From assembly GCA_963666505.2 (NCBI GenBank), contig CAXXXL010000005.1, positions 15,566 to 79,565 of the forward strand: DNA of 64,000 bases, in the 5' to 3' direction. The DNA comes from Christensenellaceae bacterium. Its GTDB lineage: Bacteria > Bacillota > Clostridia > Christensenellales > SZUA-584. This document shows positions 1 to 10,057 of this stretch, in pieces (the stretch's first letter is position 1; each line of letters opens with the position of its first letter). The notes beneath the pieces are model-generated. The model was not told the DNA's origin. It was given only the letters and a program-made list of their open reading frames with translations, and did no database searches. Position numbers and translations under genes: made by a program.

Positions 1-1404
1 ATGTTTGGGTATAATAAAAAAGATGTTATAGGTAAGAGGTTCGATAAATTCATAGTTCCGGATGAAGCAAATAAGTTCGAAGAAGCTTTTCAGAATTTCA
101 AGGGAATAGGCAACAATATTGTTGATCTCAGGATGGTTAAAAAGGACAATAGCATTATTACAGTGAAATTTACAAGCAGGAAAGCACACAAAGGCCCGGG
201 TAGTTTGAAGAATGCGCATTGTCACTGTATACTTAGCGATATCACGGATCAGCTCGAAGCACAGAAAAAGCTGGAAAGCAACGAGAGACGACTGAGACGT
301 TCACAGAAAATAGCCAAATCCGGCTCTTGGGAGATAGAAGAAGGCAGCGACATGATATGGGCTTCAGAGAATGCTTTTGCAATATACGGGATGCCAGAGG
401 ATACAGGACATGTCAGCGTAGATTATGTTGAACAGTGCATCCATGAAGATGACAGAGAGATGGCGCATAAGGCTCTTATCGACTTTAGAGAAGGCAAAAG
501 AGGATATGACCTCATTTTTCGTATCAAACCTCCGCTAACCGGGGAAACAAAATATATAAGATCGGTAGCCGAACTTGAAGTAAGCAGCGATAATAAAACA
601 CAGAGGGTGCTGGGTGCTATAAGAGATATAACCGAACAGGTCCACATGGAAAAAGAAAAGGAAAAGGCAGACAGCATACTCAGAAACCAGCAGAAGCTGG
701 AATCGATAGGTACACTTGCAAGCGGAATTGCACACGAAATAAACAACCCGATAAACGGCATACTTAACTATGGTCAGGTAATTTCAGACAGTGTAGAGGA
801 TGGCTCCGAGATTAAGGGGTTTGCAAAAGAGATAATCCGAGAGACTAACAGGGTTTCCGTTATAGTCAAAAACTTACTTGATTTCTCAAGACAAAACAAC
901 CAGCAGCACAGTTATGCACGCCTGGAAGATATAGTGGAGAGCACACTTTCGCTAACGCGGACGATATTCAGGCACGATAACATTGAATTAAATGTCAAGA
1001 TCGCAAATAACATCTGCAAAATAAAGTGCAGGAGCCAGCAAATACAGCAGGTTTTGATGAATCTGCTTACGAACGCAAGGGATGCGCTAAACGAGCGGTA
1101 TCCGGGTGCTGATAAGAATAAGATAATCAATCTTACCTGCAAACAGTACACTAAGGATAAAAGAAAATGGGTATCCATAGAAGTTGAGGATTTCGGATAC
1201 GGTATAACCGAAGAAACCAAACAGAGGATATATGATCCTTTCTTCACTACAAAGAAAGGAGATAAAGGTACGGGGCTTGGGCTGTCTATAAGCTATGGCA
1301 TTGTTAAGGAACATCACGGACAGATCATTGTGGAATCAGAGCCGGATAAGTTTACCAGGTTCACGTTACACCTGCCGTGTGACAACGGCTGGGATCTAAA
1401 ATAG
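1..1404 (+). CDS. PAS-domain sensor histidine kinase (5' end cut by window edge)
   Basis: ORF open from base 1. PAS-like N-terminal part, H-box SGIAHEINNPINGI, and HATPase_c G-boxes DFGYGI / GTGLGLSI. Confidence 0.85.
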   Translation: MFGYNKKDVIGKRFDKFIVPDEANKFEEAFQNFKGIGNNIVDLRMVKKDNSIITVKFTSRKAHKGPGSLKNAHCHCILSDITDQLEAQKKLESNERRLRRSQKIAKSGSWEIEEGSDMIWASENAFAIYGMPEDTGHVSVDYVEQCIHEDDREMAHKALIDFREGKRGYDLIFRIKPPLTGETKYIRSVAELEVSSDNKTQRVLGAIRDITEQVHMEKEKEKADSILRNQQKLESIGTLASGIAHEINNPINGILNYGQVISDSVEDGSEIKGFAKEIIRETNRVSVIVKNLLDFSRQNNQQHSYARLEDIVESTLSLTRTIFRHDNIELNVKIANNICKIKCRSQQIQQVLMNLLTNARDALNERYPGADKNKIINLTCKQYTKDKRKWVSIEVEDFGYGITEETKQRIYDPFFTTKKGDKGTGLGLSISYGIVKEHHGQIIVESEPDKFTRFTLHLPCDNGWDLK

Positions 1405-1427
1405 AAAACATATAAACGGGGAAAGCG

Positions 1428-3149
1428 ATGAAAAGAATCATAATTACAGCTATCTTATTTGCTATATTATTTTTCCCAATGTCAGCGCTATGCAGTGATG
1501 ATGCCGAGAATAAATACAAGAGCGCAACAGAATATGACTACCCTCCCTTTTCTGTAACGACCGATGGCAATGCAGACGGTTTTTCGGTTGAGCTGTTAAA
1601 AGAGGTTGCCGATGTAATGGGTCTGAAAATCTCTTTCAAAGTTGATAGCTGGGCAAATATAAAGGGAGAACTCAAAGAAGGGGAACTGGATGTTTTACCG
1701 CTTGTTGGATACACACAGGAAAGAGATGAATACTTAGACTTTTCCGTGCCGTATATTATTATGCACGGGAATATTTTTATAAGAACAGACAATACTGACA
1801 TTCGAACAGAGGATGACCTGTTTGGCAAACGAATATTGGTCATGGAGGGCGACAGCGCACACGAATATGCCATAAAGATGGGTCTTGGAGACGAGCTTAC
1901 TTTAACGAGCACATATCAGGAAGCTTTTGAGCTGCTGGCGTCTGGGGAATATGATGCAGTTCTTGCCCAAAGCCTTGTGGGTGAGCAGCTTATCTCGCAG
2001 ATGGCGCTTAGCAACGTTAAGGCAGCAACAAAGATAGATGAAGACGGACTGACTGAGATAAGAACGAACCTTACAGGTTTCGAGCAGAAGTTCTGCTTTG
2101 CAGTCAGGGAAGGGGATAAAGAACTTCTTTCGAAGCTTAATGAAGGGCTTGCAATAGTTTCTACCAATGGTACATTCGATAGGCTTTATATCAAGTGGTT
2201 CCCGTTCCTTACAGACACTAAACCGAGTTTTCATGATATAGCTGATGCTTCAGCCATAGTAATATTGCCGGTGCTGCTCATAACGCTGATATTAGTTGTT
2301 ATTTTTGTTAGAAGGCATATCAAAAAAAAGACTCTGGAGCTGGAGAAGTCAAACAGAGCCATGTTAGAAATGGAATCCCACTTAAGGTCTCAGCAAAAAT
2401 TAGAGTCGGTAGGTGTTCTTGCAAGTGGCGTTGCTCACGAAATAAACAATCCGCTCAACGGCATACTCAATTACGGACAGGTTATACTGGACGTCGTAAA
2501 GAATGAAGAATTAAATTGCAATGATTACAGGGACTCAATCGCCACGTTTTCAAAGGAAATAATAAAAGAGTCGGACAGGATATCCGGAGTCGTAGGAAAC
2601 CTTCTTCAGTTTGCTCGCACGGGCAGCAAGCGGTTTGTTGAAATACAGATAGCAGATATAATCAACAATATCTTAAATCTTATTGACACAGTAATCAAGC
2701 AGGACCAGATTGCACTCGAAATTGACATACAGCCGGATCTGCCAAAAATCGAATGCAGGAGCCAGGAGATACAACAAGTTCTGCTTAATCTTATAATCAA
2801 CGCAAAAGATGCGCTCAACGCAAAATACAAAGGATTTGATGAACAAAAAACTATTAACGTCAACGTGTCAGAGGTCGATTCTGACAAACAAAAGATGATA
2901 AGAATAACAGTAAGGGACAACGGCAACGGCATACCAAAGGATATTGGAGAGAACATATTCGATCCGTTCTTTACTACAAAGAACAGGTCTGAAGGAACGG
3001 GACTTGGCCTTTATATCAGCTTTGGTATAGTCAAAGATCACGGCGGGCAGATGAGTTTTAAAACAAAGCAGGGAGAGTTCACTCAGTTTATTGCTGATTT
3101 GCCTGTCAAGCAGAAAAATGAGGGGAATGAGGGGGAAGATATCAGTTAA
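1428..3149 (+). CDS. sensor histidine kinase with extracytoplasmic solute-binding (SBP_bac_3-like) sensor domain
   Basis: Signal/TM segment, about 250 aa of type-2 periplasmic-binding-like sequence, a TM segment (AIVILPVLLITLILVVIFV), H-box SGVAHEINNPLNGI, and G-boxes DNGNGI / GTGLGLYI. Confidence 0.85.
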   Translation: MKRIIITAILFAILFFPMSALCSDDAENKYKSATEYDYPPFSVTTDGNADGFSVELLKEVADVMGLKISFKVDSWANIKGELKEGELDVLPLVGYTQERDEYLDFSVPYIIMHGNIFIRTDNTDIRTEDDLFGKRILVMEGDSAHEYAIKMGLGDELTLTSTYQEAFELLASGEYDAVLAQSLVGEQLISQMALSNVKAATKIDEDGLTEIRTNLTGFEQKFCFAVREGDKELLSKLNEGLAIVSTNGTFDRLYIKWFPFLTDTKPSFHDIADASAIVILPVLLITLILVVIFVRRHIKKKTLELEKSNRAMLEMESHLRSQQKLESVGVLASGVAHEINNPLNGILNYGQVILDVVKNEELNCNDYRDSIATFSKEIIKESDRISGVVGNLLQFARTGSKRFVEIQIADIINNILNLIDTVIKQDQIALEIDIQPDLPKIECRSQEIQQVLLNLIINAKDALNAKYKGFDEQKTINVNVSEVDSDKQKMIRITVRDNGNGIPKDIGENIFDPFFTTKNRSEGTGLGLYISFGIVKDHGGQMSFKTKQGEFTQFIADLPVKQKNEGNEGEDIS

Positions 3150-3183
3150 CCTTACCTTTCAAGCTTCGCGGAAGAATAATAAT

Positions 3184-3220
3184 AGGGAGCCCTTATAAAT
3201 AAGAGCTCCCTTTAGTTTTG
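3184..3220. terminator. bidirectional stem-loop between convergent genes
   Basis: AGGGAGC (3184-3190) pairs with GCTCCCT (3205-3211) and is followed by a T-rich run. It lies between the stop at 3149 (+) and the stop at 3243 (-). Confidence 0.5.
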
Positions 3221-3242
3221 GTTAGTTTCACTTTACTTTATG

Positions 3243-4691
3243 TTATTGTGGAATAATCTCTTCGCCTGTAGTCGAGTTGACATATACGTTATCTGCTTTC
3301 CAACCAAACACACGTCCAAAGTATGCAAAGTCAAATGTGTAGGTAACCGATATCAACTTACCGTCTTCAAACATAAATTCATAGGCGGAATCGTCAGCCA
3401 TAAATGCGATTTCAGTGCAGAAATGTCCGTCGTATACTGCGTTTGCTTCCACTCTCAGCACATCATCTCCGAAAATATTAACCATTATATTATTAACATA
3501 TTCTTCATATTTTGTGCCGCCCATGGCATTATATTTGATTTTTGTAAGGTCATAGTCAGGGTTCCAAAGCTGGTCACAAGTAAGATTTACTATCCACATG
3601 CTGTTTGATGCCACATCCATAGTCAGCTTCTCGCCTTCCATGTGCCAGTAGTTCTCTCTAACACCCGAATTATCTATGTAGAATGTCATTGAAGGATCGT
3701 CATAGTCACCGTCACCGTTAGCAAGGGTAAGGAAAGACATATACAATCCCAGCGCCTCGTCTTGAGTCATGTCGTCGCTTCCCGGCTCGCCTTCCTCAAA
3801 ATCCTGTGGAACGGCGTTCTTTACAACAGTAGGATCGCGCTGTATATCCGCTTCGAAATATACGCATTCATTCATACAAGCCTGTGTAGGATAAACACTG
3901 ACAGAATAACATTCTCCGTTTAGCAGTCCAAATTTGATGAAACCATCGTCATTTGTTAAGATATCAAAAGTTTTCACAGCAAATTCCTGCTGATACCCGC
4001 CGCCGCCGGAACCACGGACATCCTTAACGGTGGTGCCAAATACGTCTGCAATTTCATTGGCTGTTGCCGACACTTTATCTGTGATAGACTCGTTTTCCAG
4101 AGAATCTTCTTCTGTGACTTTCTGTGAAGGAACATAGTTATAGTCGATGTTTATCAGATCCAGTGTATCCGCTGCCAGCGTGCATACTATAGAGTCGTCA
4201 CCTGTCGCAAATTTTATGAAATCGCTGCGTAATTCGCTGCTGTCGGTATAATACCAGAAGTTGTCGGGCGTTTCAGTTAGTTCAAGTCCAAAGAAATCTT
4301 TTGCATACTGCTTTGCTTTATCAAAAGCATCCATCTTCAGGTCGTAATAGTTCTCTGGCTCAATGCTGTTCCAGGTATCAGCCTCTTTGGGTACAACGCT
4401 GTCTGTAACAGGAATAAGGTAACTCCTGCGGTATTCCTTATTCATGACTATTCTGCGCAGCCCTTCTGCACTGATCGGGCCGGAACTTGCGGCAGACTCT
4501 GCGGCTGCATTTTGAGCATCTTCGGATAGTGACGTGTCAATGACTGCCTCGTCTTCAGCTGTTTGAATCTGCTGTTCAGCCTTGGCGGTGTTGGCAGTTA
4601 TGCTCAATACTACCGCAAGACAAGCTCCAATAACGAGAACACCAGCCAGAACGATGAAAAGCGTTTTGTTTGTTTTAACTACTTTAATCAT
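3243..4691 (-). CDS. membrane-anchored extracytoplasmic protein of unknown function
   Basis: 482-aa ORF with an N-terminal TM anchor (LFIVLAGVLVIGACLAVVL) and an acidic low-complexity linker. It lies directly downstream of the two-component genes on the same strand. I recognise no family. Confidence 0.7.
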   Translation of the reverse strand: MIKVVKTNKTLFIVLAGVLVIGACLAVVLSITANTAKAEQQIQTAEDEAVIDTSLSEDAQNAAAESAASSGPISAEGLRRIVMNKEYRRSYLIPVTDSVVPKEADTWNSIEPENYYDLKMDAFDKAKQYAKDFFGLELTETPDNFWYYTDSSELRSDFIKFATGDDSIVCTLAADTLDLINIDYNYVPSQKVTEEDSLENESITDKVSATANEIADVFGTTVKDVRGSGGGGYQQEFAVKTFDILTNDDGFIKFGLLNGECYSVSVYPTQACMNECVYFEADIQRDPTVVKNAVPQDFEEGEPGSDDMTQDEALGLYMSFLTLANGDGDYDDPSMTFYIDNSGVRENYWHMEGEKLTMDVASNSMWIVNLTCDQLWNPDYDLTKIKYNAMGGTKYEEYVNNIMVNIFGDDVLRVEANAVYDGHFCTEIAFMADDSAYEFMFEDGKLISVTYTFDFAYFGRVFGWKADNVYVNSTTGEEIIPQ

Positions 4692-4757
4692 TTTATCATC
4701 CCCTTTCTGGTGAAATAATACAACGGGGCAAATAACCGAGTCCTCACAGAGATGTAA

Positions 4758-5876
4758 TTAAGTTGTAAAAGTTATCGTGGCTGTTGTACCGTTTCCTTCT
4801 TCAGAAGTGTAGTGTAGTACTGCTTTGTGAAGCTTTGCGATTTCGTGACATAGAGGAACGCCAAGCCCGTTTCTGCCAAACGGATTATTTTTTCTGAACG
4901 GATCATTAACGTATTCCAGCTCTTCGCTGCTCATGCCTTTTCCAAAGTCGCGAACAATGATTTTACCGCTGCTGGCAGTCAGTTCAACCGTGCTGTCCTT
5001 TGGTGATGCTTTGATAGCATTTGCTGTCAGGTTGTTGATAAGGCTCTGTAAAAGAAGCCGGTCGCCCGTTACCCGTTTCCAGCTCACTTTATATTTGACA
5101 CTGCCATATGTTTTTTGAGCGTGTATAAAAAGGTCTTCGATATCTACACTCACCTTGTCTATTTTCCGCTGACGCAGGTTTGCTATCGTAAGCAGCTTCT
5201 CAGATACCTGCGTTAAGTGTTTGCTCTCATCCAAGATATAGCGGGTTGCAAGATACCGCTGCTCCTCCGACATATTGGAGATCATCAAGGCTTCAGCATA
5301 GCCGCTTATCACAGTCAAAGGAGTGCGCAGCTCATGAGCAAGCCTGTCGATAGGTTTATTTATCTTCTTGAGTGAGAAATAGAGCAGTGTAAACAAAGCA
5401 AGTATTACGCCCACTCCCAACAAAACTGCGCTAACACATTGTTTATTGCTGGTACCTACTACTTCAGTTACTGACTTCATATAAATAAAATAATATCCGC
5501 TGGTCAGTTGGTCAGAGATATTAATATATGTATCATTGTTTTGCTTTACCCAGGATAAAGTACCACCCTTTGTTGTATGCGAAAAAGGCAGATTGCTGAA
5601 CAGTACTCCTGAATCGCTGCCTATCTCCAGAAATATACCGCTATCCTCATAGTTCCTGGCGAAAAGCTCTGCCGAGCTTTTGTGGCTTTGTTTTTTTAAA
5701 TTGTTAAAAGTGCTGTCCAGTGAACGGGAAATGGCATATTCTTCACTGATGGCAGTTTCTTTTGAATGTTCCAGCAAAGAAATAATGGAAGGCGTTACGA
5801 GAAGGAAGATACAAGCATATAGTATTATTGTGAAAATAAAAGCTACAAAAATAAAGTTTTTCTGCCAGATATTCAT
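4758..5876 (-). CDS. sensor histidine kinase (two TM segments, HisKA/HATPase_c)
   Basis: H-box LAHELRTPLT and G-box DFGKGM / GLGVPL. I prefer the ATG at 5876, preceded by GAGGA, over the TTG at 5903 used in the ORF track. Confidence 0.85.
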   Translation of the reverse strand: MNIWQKNFIFVAFIFTIILYACIFLLVTPSIISLLEHSKETAISEEYAISRSLDSTFNNLKKQSHKSSAELFARNYEDSGIFLEIGSDSGVLFSNLPFSHTTKGGTLSWVKQNNDTYINISDQLTSGYYFIYMKSVTEVVGTSNKQCVSAVLLGVGVILALFTLLYFSLKKINKPIDRLAHELRTPLTVISGYAEALMISNMSEEQRYLATRYILDESKHLTQVSEKLLTIANLRQRKIDKVSVDIEDLFIHAQKTYGSVKYKVSWKRVTGDRLLLQSLINNLTANAIKASPKDSTVELTASSGKIIVRDFGKGMSSEELEYVNDPFRKNNPFGRNGLGVPLCHEIAKLHKAVLHYTSEEGNGTTATITFTT

Positions 5877-5880
5877 AGAG

Positions 5881-6527
5881 TCAATCCTCGAAACGGTATC
5901 CAACTTTAAATACCGTGTTTATGCGCTCACCCAGCTCAAGTTTTTTGCGAAGCTTTTGTATATGGACATCTATGGTATGGGTTTCTCCCAAATAGTTGAT
6001 GCCCCATGCTTCTTTTAAAAGACGCTGCCGGCTGAGCGCGACGTTTCTGTTTTCTATCAGCACCTTCAATAAATTAAACTCTTGCAGTGTCAGATATACT
6101 GGCTTGTCTCTAAGAAATACCTGTTTTGCTTCAAAGTTGACCATAAGGTCGCCAGATGCATACGAAGTTTCTTCTTTTGCGTTCTCCTGAGAACTGCCTG
6201 CACCCTTAAAAGAAGCTCGGTTATTTCAAATGGTTTTGTGATATAGTCGTCTGCACCTTGTGTAAAACCGCGAACCTTATCGCTTGTTTCGTGCTTTGCA
6301 GTAATGAATATCGTGGGGATGTTCTCTACCTTATCCAGCACGCTGAACCCATCAATATCCGGCAGCATAATATCAAGAAGAAGCAGGTCAAAATCGCCGT
6401 CTTTGGCAAAAGTTATTGCATCTTTTCCGCAAAACGCCTGGATGCAGTTATGGCCTGTCATTTGTAAGTTGAGTGTGATCAGATCGCTGATAGGACGCTC
6501 GTCTTCAACAATCATTATATTAGCCAT
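5881..6527 (-). pseudogene. OmpR-family response regulator, frameshifted between receiver and winged-helix domains
   Basis: The receiver domain (6090-6527, motif LLLLDIMLPDIDG) and the winged-helix domain (5881-6144, YLTLQEFNLLKVL...GYRFED) are in different frames. They rejoin at the A-rich run around 6165-6185 (minus-strand CAAAAGAAGAAAC). Confidence 0.8.
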
Positions 6528-6767
6528 GCTTTACTCCATAATTATTATCGTGAATTTTCTTACTTGTTAAATTATAACACTAAAGCATTTTTTGGTCTAC
6601 TTGACTAATATCTATATTTTTATTTAAGTCTGGTCAAATGCAATACAATAGTTTTAAACCTAAAGTTTTAAGAATCGTAGAGCGTTAAATACTTTTTCAT
6701 AAAGAAAAAAAGCTAACTGTTGTGATATGGTTACTACAGTTAGCTAATATTGTCTTAGATCAAGACA

Positions 6768-7181
6768 TCAATATGCATTGACTACAGTGCTTTCTCTATT
6801 ATCACTAGACCAAGCATAGAAATATACTCTTAATCGATATGTATATCCTTTCGATACGCTATGAGAGCTGCTCCAAGAACAATAATTAGTGCTGCTGTAC
6901 TTTGAATAATGCTGTACATTCACCCAGGCCCCGTTCTCATACCGCTGCAGATATGCAGATATACTGCAGCTATCCACACTTGCAGAGCAGTTTAAATCTG
7001 CGGACATATATGCAGTTCCCGATACTATATCCAAATCTGCATCAGCATATAAAATATAAGTATATCTTGTGCTGGGGGGAGTACTTGATAGTTCACTTTC
7101 GGAACTATCAGCGGCTAACGTTGTTCCTGTGAAAGCTAGTAAAAAAAGCATCACTAATAAAACAGTAATAAATTTTTTCAT
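6768..7181 (-). CDS. small secreted protein, unknown function
   Basis: Signal peptide MKKFITVLLVMLFLLAFTGTTLA. The ATG at 7181 is preceded by GAGGT. Last gene of the sigma/anti-sigma transcription unit. Confidence 0.6.
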   Translation of the reverse strand: MKKFITVLLVMLFLLAFTGTTLAADSSESELSSTPPSTRYTYILYADADLDIVSGTAYMSADLNCSASVDSCSISAYLQRYENGAWVNVQHYSKYSSTNYCSWSSSHSVSKGYTYRLRVYFYAWSSDNRESTVVNAY

Positions 7182-7325
7182 ATTATACCTCAATCTAATA
7201 ATTTATTGTAAGATGTAAAAGATAAAAAGATGCATTATATAAAAAGCTATATCCGTTTTTTCTTTACCTCTTACTAATTAAAACGAATATAGCAATAAAA
7301 TGTTACAAGTTTTTATAAAATAAAT

Positions 7326-8018
7326 TTATTTCGGTAAACTTTCTATAACTTTGATAAGCTCATCAACGTCAACAATTCCTGATAAATTATATACATATAT
7401 GTCTCCGAAATAGTATATACTGTTCATATCAGGACTGGAAATAACTAGCGCCTTGTTGCCGCTTATAGTTGTTTCGTAAACTGTTGAGCGCTCTGTATCG
7501 TAAGTAATGGTGCCTACACTTTTTCTTCGGTTAATACGTACTGTATTTCCGTTCGAATCTTCATAAATACTCACAGCCATAATTTCATCTACTGACCCAC
7601 TTACATAATGATATCCCTCGGGCAAATATCCGGGTAAAATATCATCTTGTACATCAGAATCGTCACTAACGATTATAGTTTCTGAAACTTCATCAGAGGT
7701 TTTAAAGAAGTCGAAGAATCTTGTTCGTATCGCTTCAGAGCTGGCAATAGTTATGGTTGAAACAATAAGGACGATTATTAATCCGGCGGCTACTCTGGTT
7801 GCGATTTTGAGAGATCTTTTTCTTCGTCGCATATTCACTTCTTTATTAATCGTTGCAGAAATTCTTTGGTCGATATTGTTTGATGGTATTTCAAAATCAG
7901 CCAATTCTTCTTCGGAAGGAGCTTCTTCGGCAAGTTTGCTGAGCAGTTCTTCACCTGCGTATTTTAAATATGAATCTACAAATTCATCGTGGCGATTTTT
8001 ACCCATTCGCTTCACCAT
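7326..8018 (-). CDS. anti-sigma factor-like membrane protein (DUF4367-type C-terminal domain)
   Basis: Cytoplasmic N-terminus, a single TM segment (VAAGLIIVLIVSTITIA) and an extracytoplasmic domain. It overlaps the 3' end of the sigma gene. Confidence 0.7.
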   Translation of the reverse strand: MVKRMGKNRHDEFVDSYLKYAGEELLSKLAEEAPSEEELADFEIPSNNIDQRISATINKEVNMRRRKRSLKIATRVAAGLIIVLIVSTITIASSEAIRTRFFDFFKTSDEVSETIIVSDDSDVQDDILPGYLPEGYHYVSGSVDEIMAVSIYEDSNGNTVRINRRKSVGTITYDTERSTVYETTISGNKALVISSPDMNSIYYFGDIYVYNLSGIVDVDELIKVIESLPK

Positions 8019-8550
8019 CCATAATCGTGCTTAACAATTTTTTTCTTCCCCTGTGGCATCTGACTCTTGCATTCTCAACGGTTATTTCAAGCATCTGAGC
8101 TATCTCAATGATTGAGAAACCAAGGATATATCTGTGGAACACCGCAGAGGAATACTTCGGGTCAAGGTTATCTATACAATCCATAACTTTCTTTATTTCA
8201 AGCTTGGAAATGACTATTCGCTCTGTGTCATATTTGTCATCTTCAATATATGCTGTATGCATTTCAAAGGGTACAGTCATCACGTTGTCGCTTTGCTTTA
8301 GAAAATCTATAGAAAGGTTTCTAACAATATAAATTATATACCCTTTTTGTATCTTGGGTGTAAATGATTCTATTTTTTTGATATGTTTGATAATACGTAA
8401 GAAAGCAGAGTGAACTATATCGTCTGCGTTGTCGGTGTTGTTGACTAATTTCATAGCAGTATAATACATAAGCTTCTTGTACTCATTATAAATCTGCTCA
8501 ACACTTTTTCTATATTCTTTTGGTAAATATGTGCTTGTTATATTTAGCAT
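7999..8550 (-). CDS. sigma-70 family (ECF-type) RNA polymerase sigma factor
   Basis: Region 2 (DIVHSAFLRI..., YIVRNLSIDF) and region 4 HTH (FSIIEIAQMLEITVENARVRCHRGRKKL). Confidence 0.85.
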   Translation of the reverse strand: MLNITSTYLPKEYRKSVEQIYNEYKKLMYYTAMKLVNNTDNADDIVHSAFLRIIKHIKKIESFTPKIQKGYIIYIVRNLSIDFLKQSDNVMTVPFEMHTAYIEDDKYDTERIVISKLEIKKVMDCIDNLDPKYSSAVFHRYILGFSIIEIAQMLEITVENARVRCHRGRKKLLSTIMDGEANG

Positions 8551-8834
8551 ATATCATATATTTTACCTTTCAAATTACAAATAAATAAGTCAAGTTACAA
8601 ACAAATACACTTTTTATATTATCCATGCAGTATTGACGATATAAGACGGGGCACTATTTGTCTATCGACAACTATAGCCAATATTATAACAAATAATAGC
8701 TATCAATGCATTAAATATTTTAAGGCATCTTTTTTATAAAAATGAGAAAAAAATGAAATCAATTGTAACATTTTGTATTTTGTTTTGTTTTGTATAGTAA
8801 GAACGAAATTCAATTAATTTAAAAGGAGCCTGCC

Positions 8835-8960
8835 ATGTCTGTAATAAACAATAATAATTTTACTAGAAGAATCGTATCAGTTATACTAGTGATAGCATTT
8901 TTTATCTTAAGCTCTGGAATACCTTCAAATATATCGGTAATTTCTAGGCAGCAAAATTAA
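8835..8960 (+). CDS. possible 41-aa hydrophobic peptide (below ORF-track cutoff)
   Basis: AAAAGGAG lies 7 nt upstream of the ATG. Sequence MSVINNNNFTRRIVSVILVIAFFILSSGIPSNISVISRQQN has one TM-like segment. No homology support. Confidence 0.25.
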   Translation: MSVINNNNFTRRIVSVILVIAFFILSSGIPSNISVISRQQN

Positions 8961-9044
8961 ATATAATTTACGTAAAAATAAAACATATATATACTGTGTA
9001 AAAACCTTTATAATTAAATACATATGATCAAGCAAGGGGAAAAT

Positions 9045-10048
9045 ATGAAAAATACATATAAATTAATAATTTTATTTCTCGTTGTTGCTATATTGCTTAG
9101 CCCTGCAGTATGGACGCCGCTCCCGGGCCTAGTGAAATTCTCTCAAACAAGGACGAATCGGAACAGAAACTTAAATTCGTAGGTATATATCCAATGGCTT
9201 CTTACGACTATTTTACCGACCATAAACGTGGCTTTGTTATTGCGGGCGAAGAGCTAAACGTCATAGCGGAGTATGTGGGACCGGCAGATAACGATTTGGA
9301 AGAGATGGAGGAGAGTTTCCAAAAAGCGATAGCTGAAAAGGTAGATGGAATAATACTTTTTGGCGCAGACGACTCGCTTGCGTATCTCATCGACCAAGCA
9401 GCTGACGCCGGTGTACCAACTGTCACAGTCGACGGAGATGTTAAAGACAGCAGGAGGATAGCGTTTGTAGGCACCAACAACATCCAGGCTGGAGTCATTG
9501 GCGGAGAGCTGATAGCAGAGCTTCTAAACTATTCGGGACAGATAGCGGTGCTCACAGAGCCAGATGTAGACCTGCATATAGACAGGACAAAAGGATACCA
9601 GTCTGTAATAGACCAATATCCCGCTATGCAGATTGTAGACATCGGAGACACAAGAGCTACACCGGACGATTCTCATGATGCGGCAGTAAAGCTGATTCAA
9701 AATAATCCGGGGCTGGATGCAATAGTATGTACGGACTATTTCGGAGGAATAGGAGCTGCCGTTGCAGTTGAAGAGCTTGGCAAGGTTGGTGAAATCAAAA
9801 TAATTTCTATGGACAGGAACAAATATGTGCTGGATAAAATCGAAGAAGGAGTTATTTACGCAACACTTGTCCAACAGACCGCACTGATGCCTTATTATGC
9901 AATGAAAATATTATACGATTATGTAACAAAACCGATAGAGATAGTAGCGCAAGATGAAAACTCAAGTGTTACAGGAGTTCCGGCATATATTGATACAGGA
10001 GTAATCATCGTAGACAAAGACAATTATTCTGAATTCTATAGAAACTGA
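9045..10048 (+). pseudogene. sugar-binding-protein-like sensor partner (XylFII-like), signal peptide out of frame with body
   Basis: The leader MKNTYKLIILFLVVAILLS (ATG 9045, RBS AAGGGGA) is in frame 0. The body (9101 onward, PCSMDAAPG...) is in another frame and is a paralog of the 13650 binding protein. The junction is at the CCC run 9101-9103, where the lipobox Cys (9104-9106) sits. Confidence 0.7.
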
Positions 10049-10057
10049 GGATAGAGA

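Noticed and set aside
5881-6190. Programmed ribosomal frameshifting in the response regulator.
   Set aside because: There is no known precedent for this family. No slippery heptamer plus downstream structure was seen. A simple indel in an A-rich run (mutation or sequencing error) is more likely.
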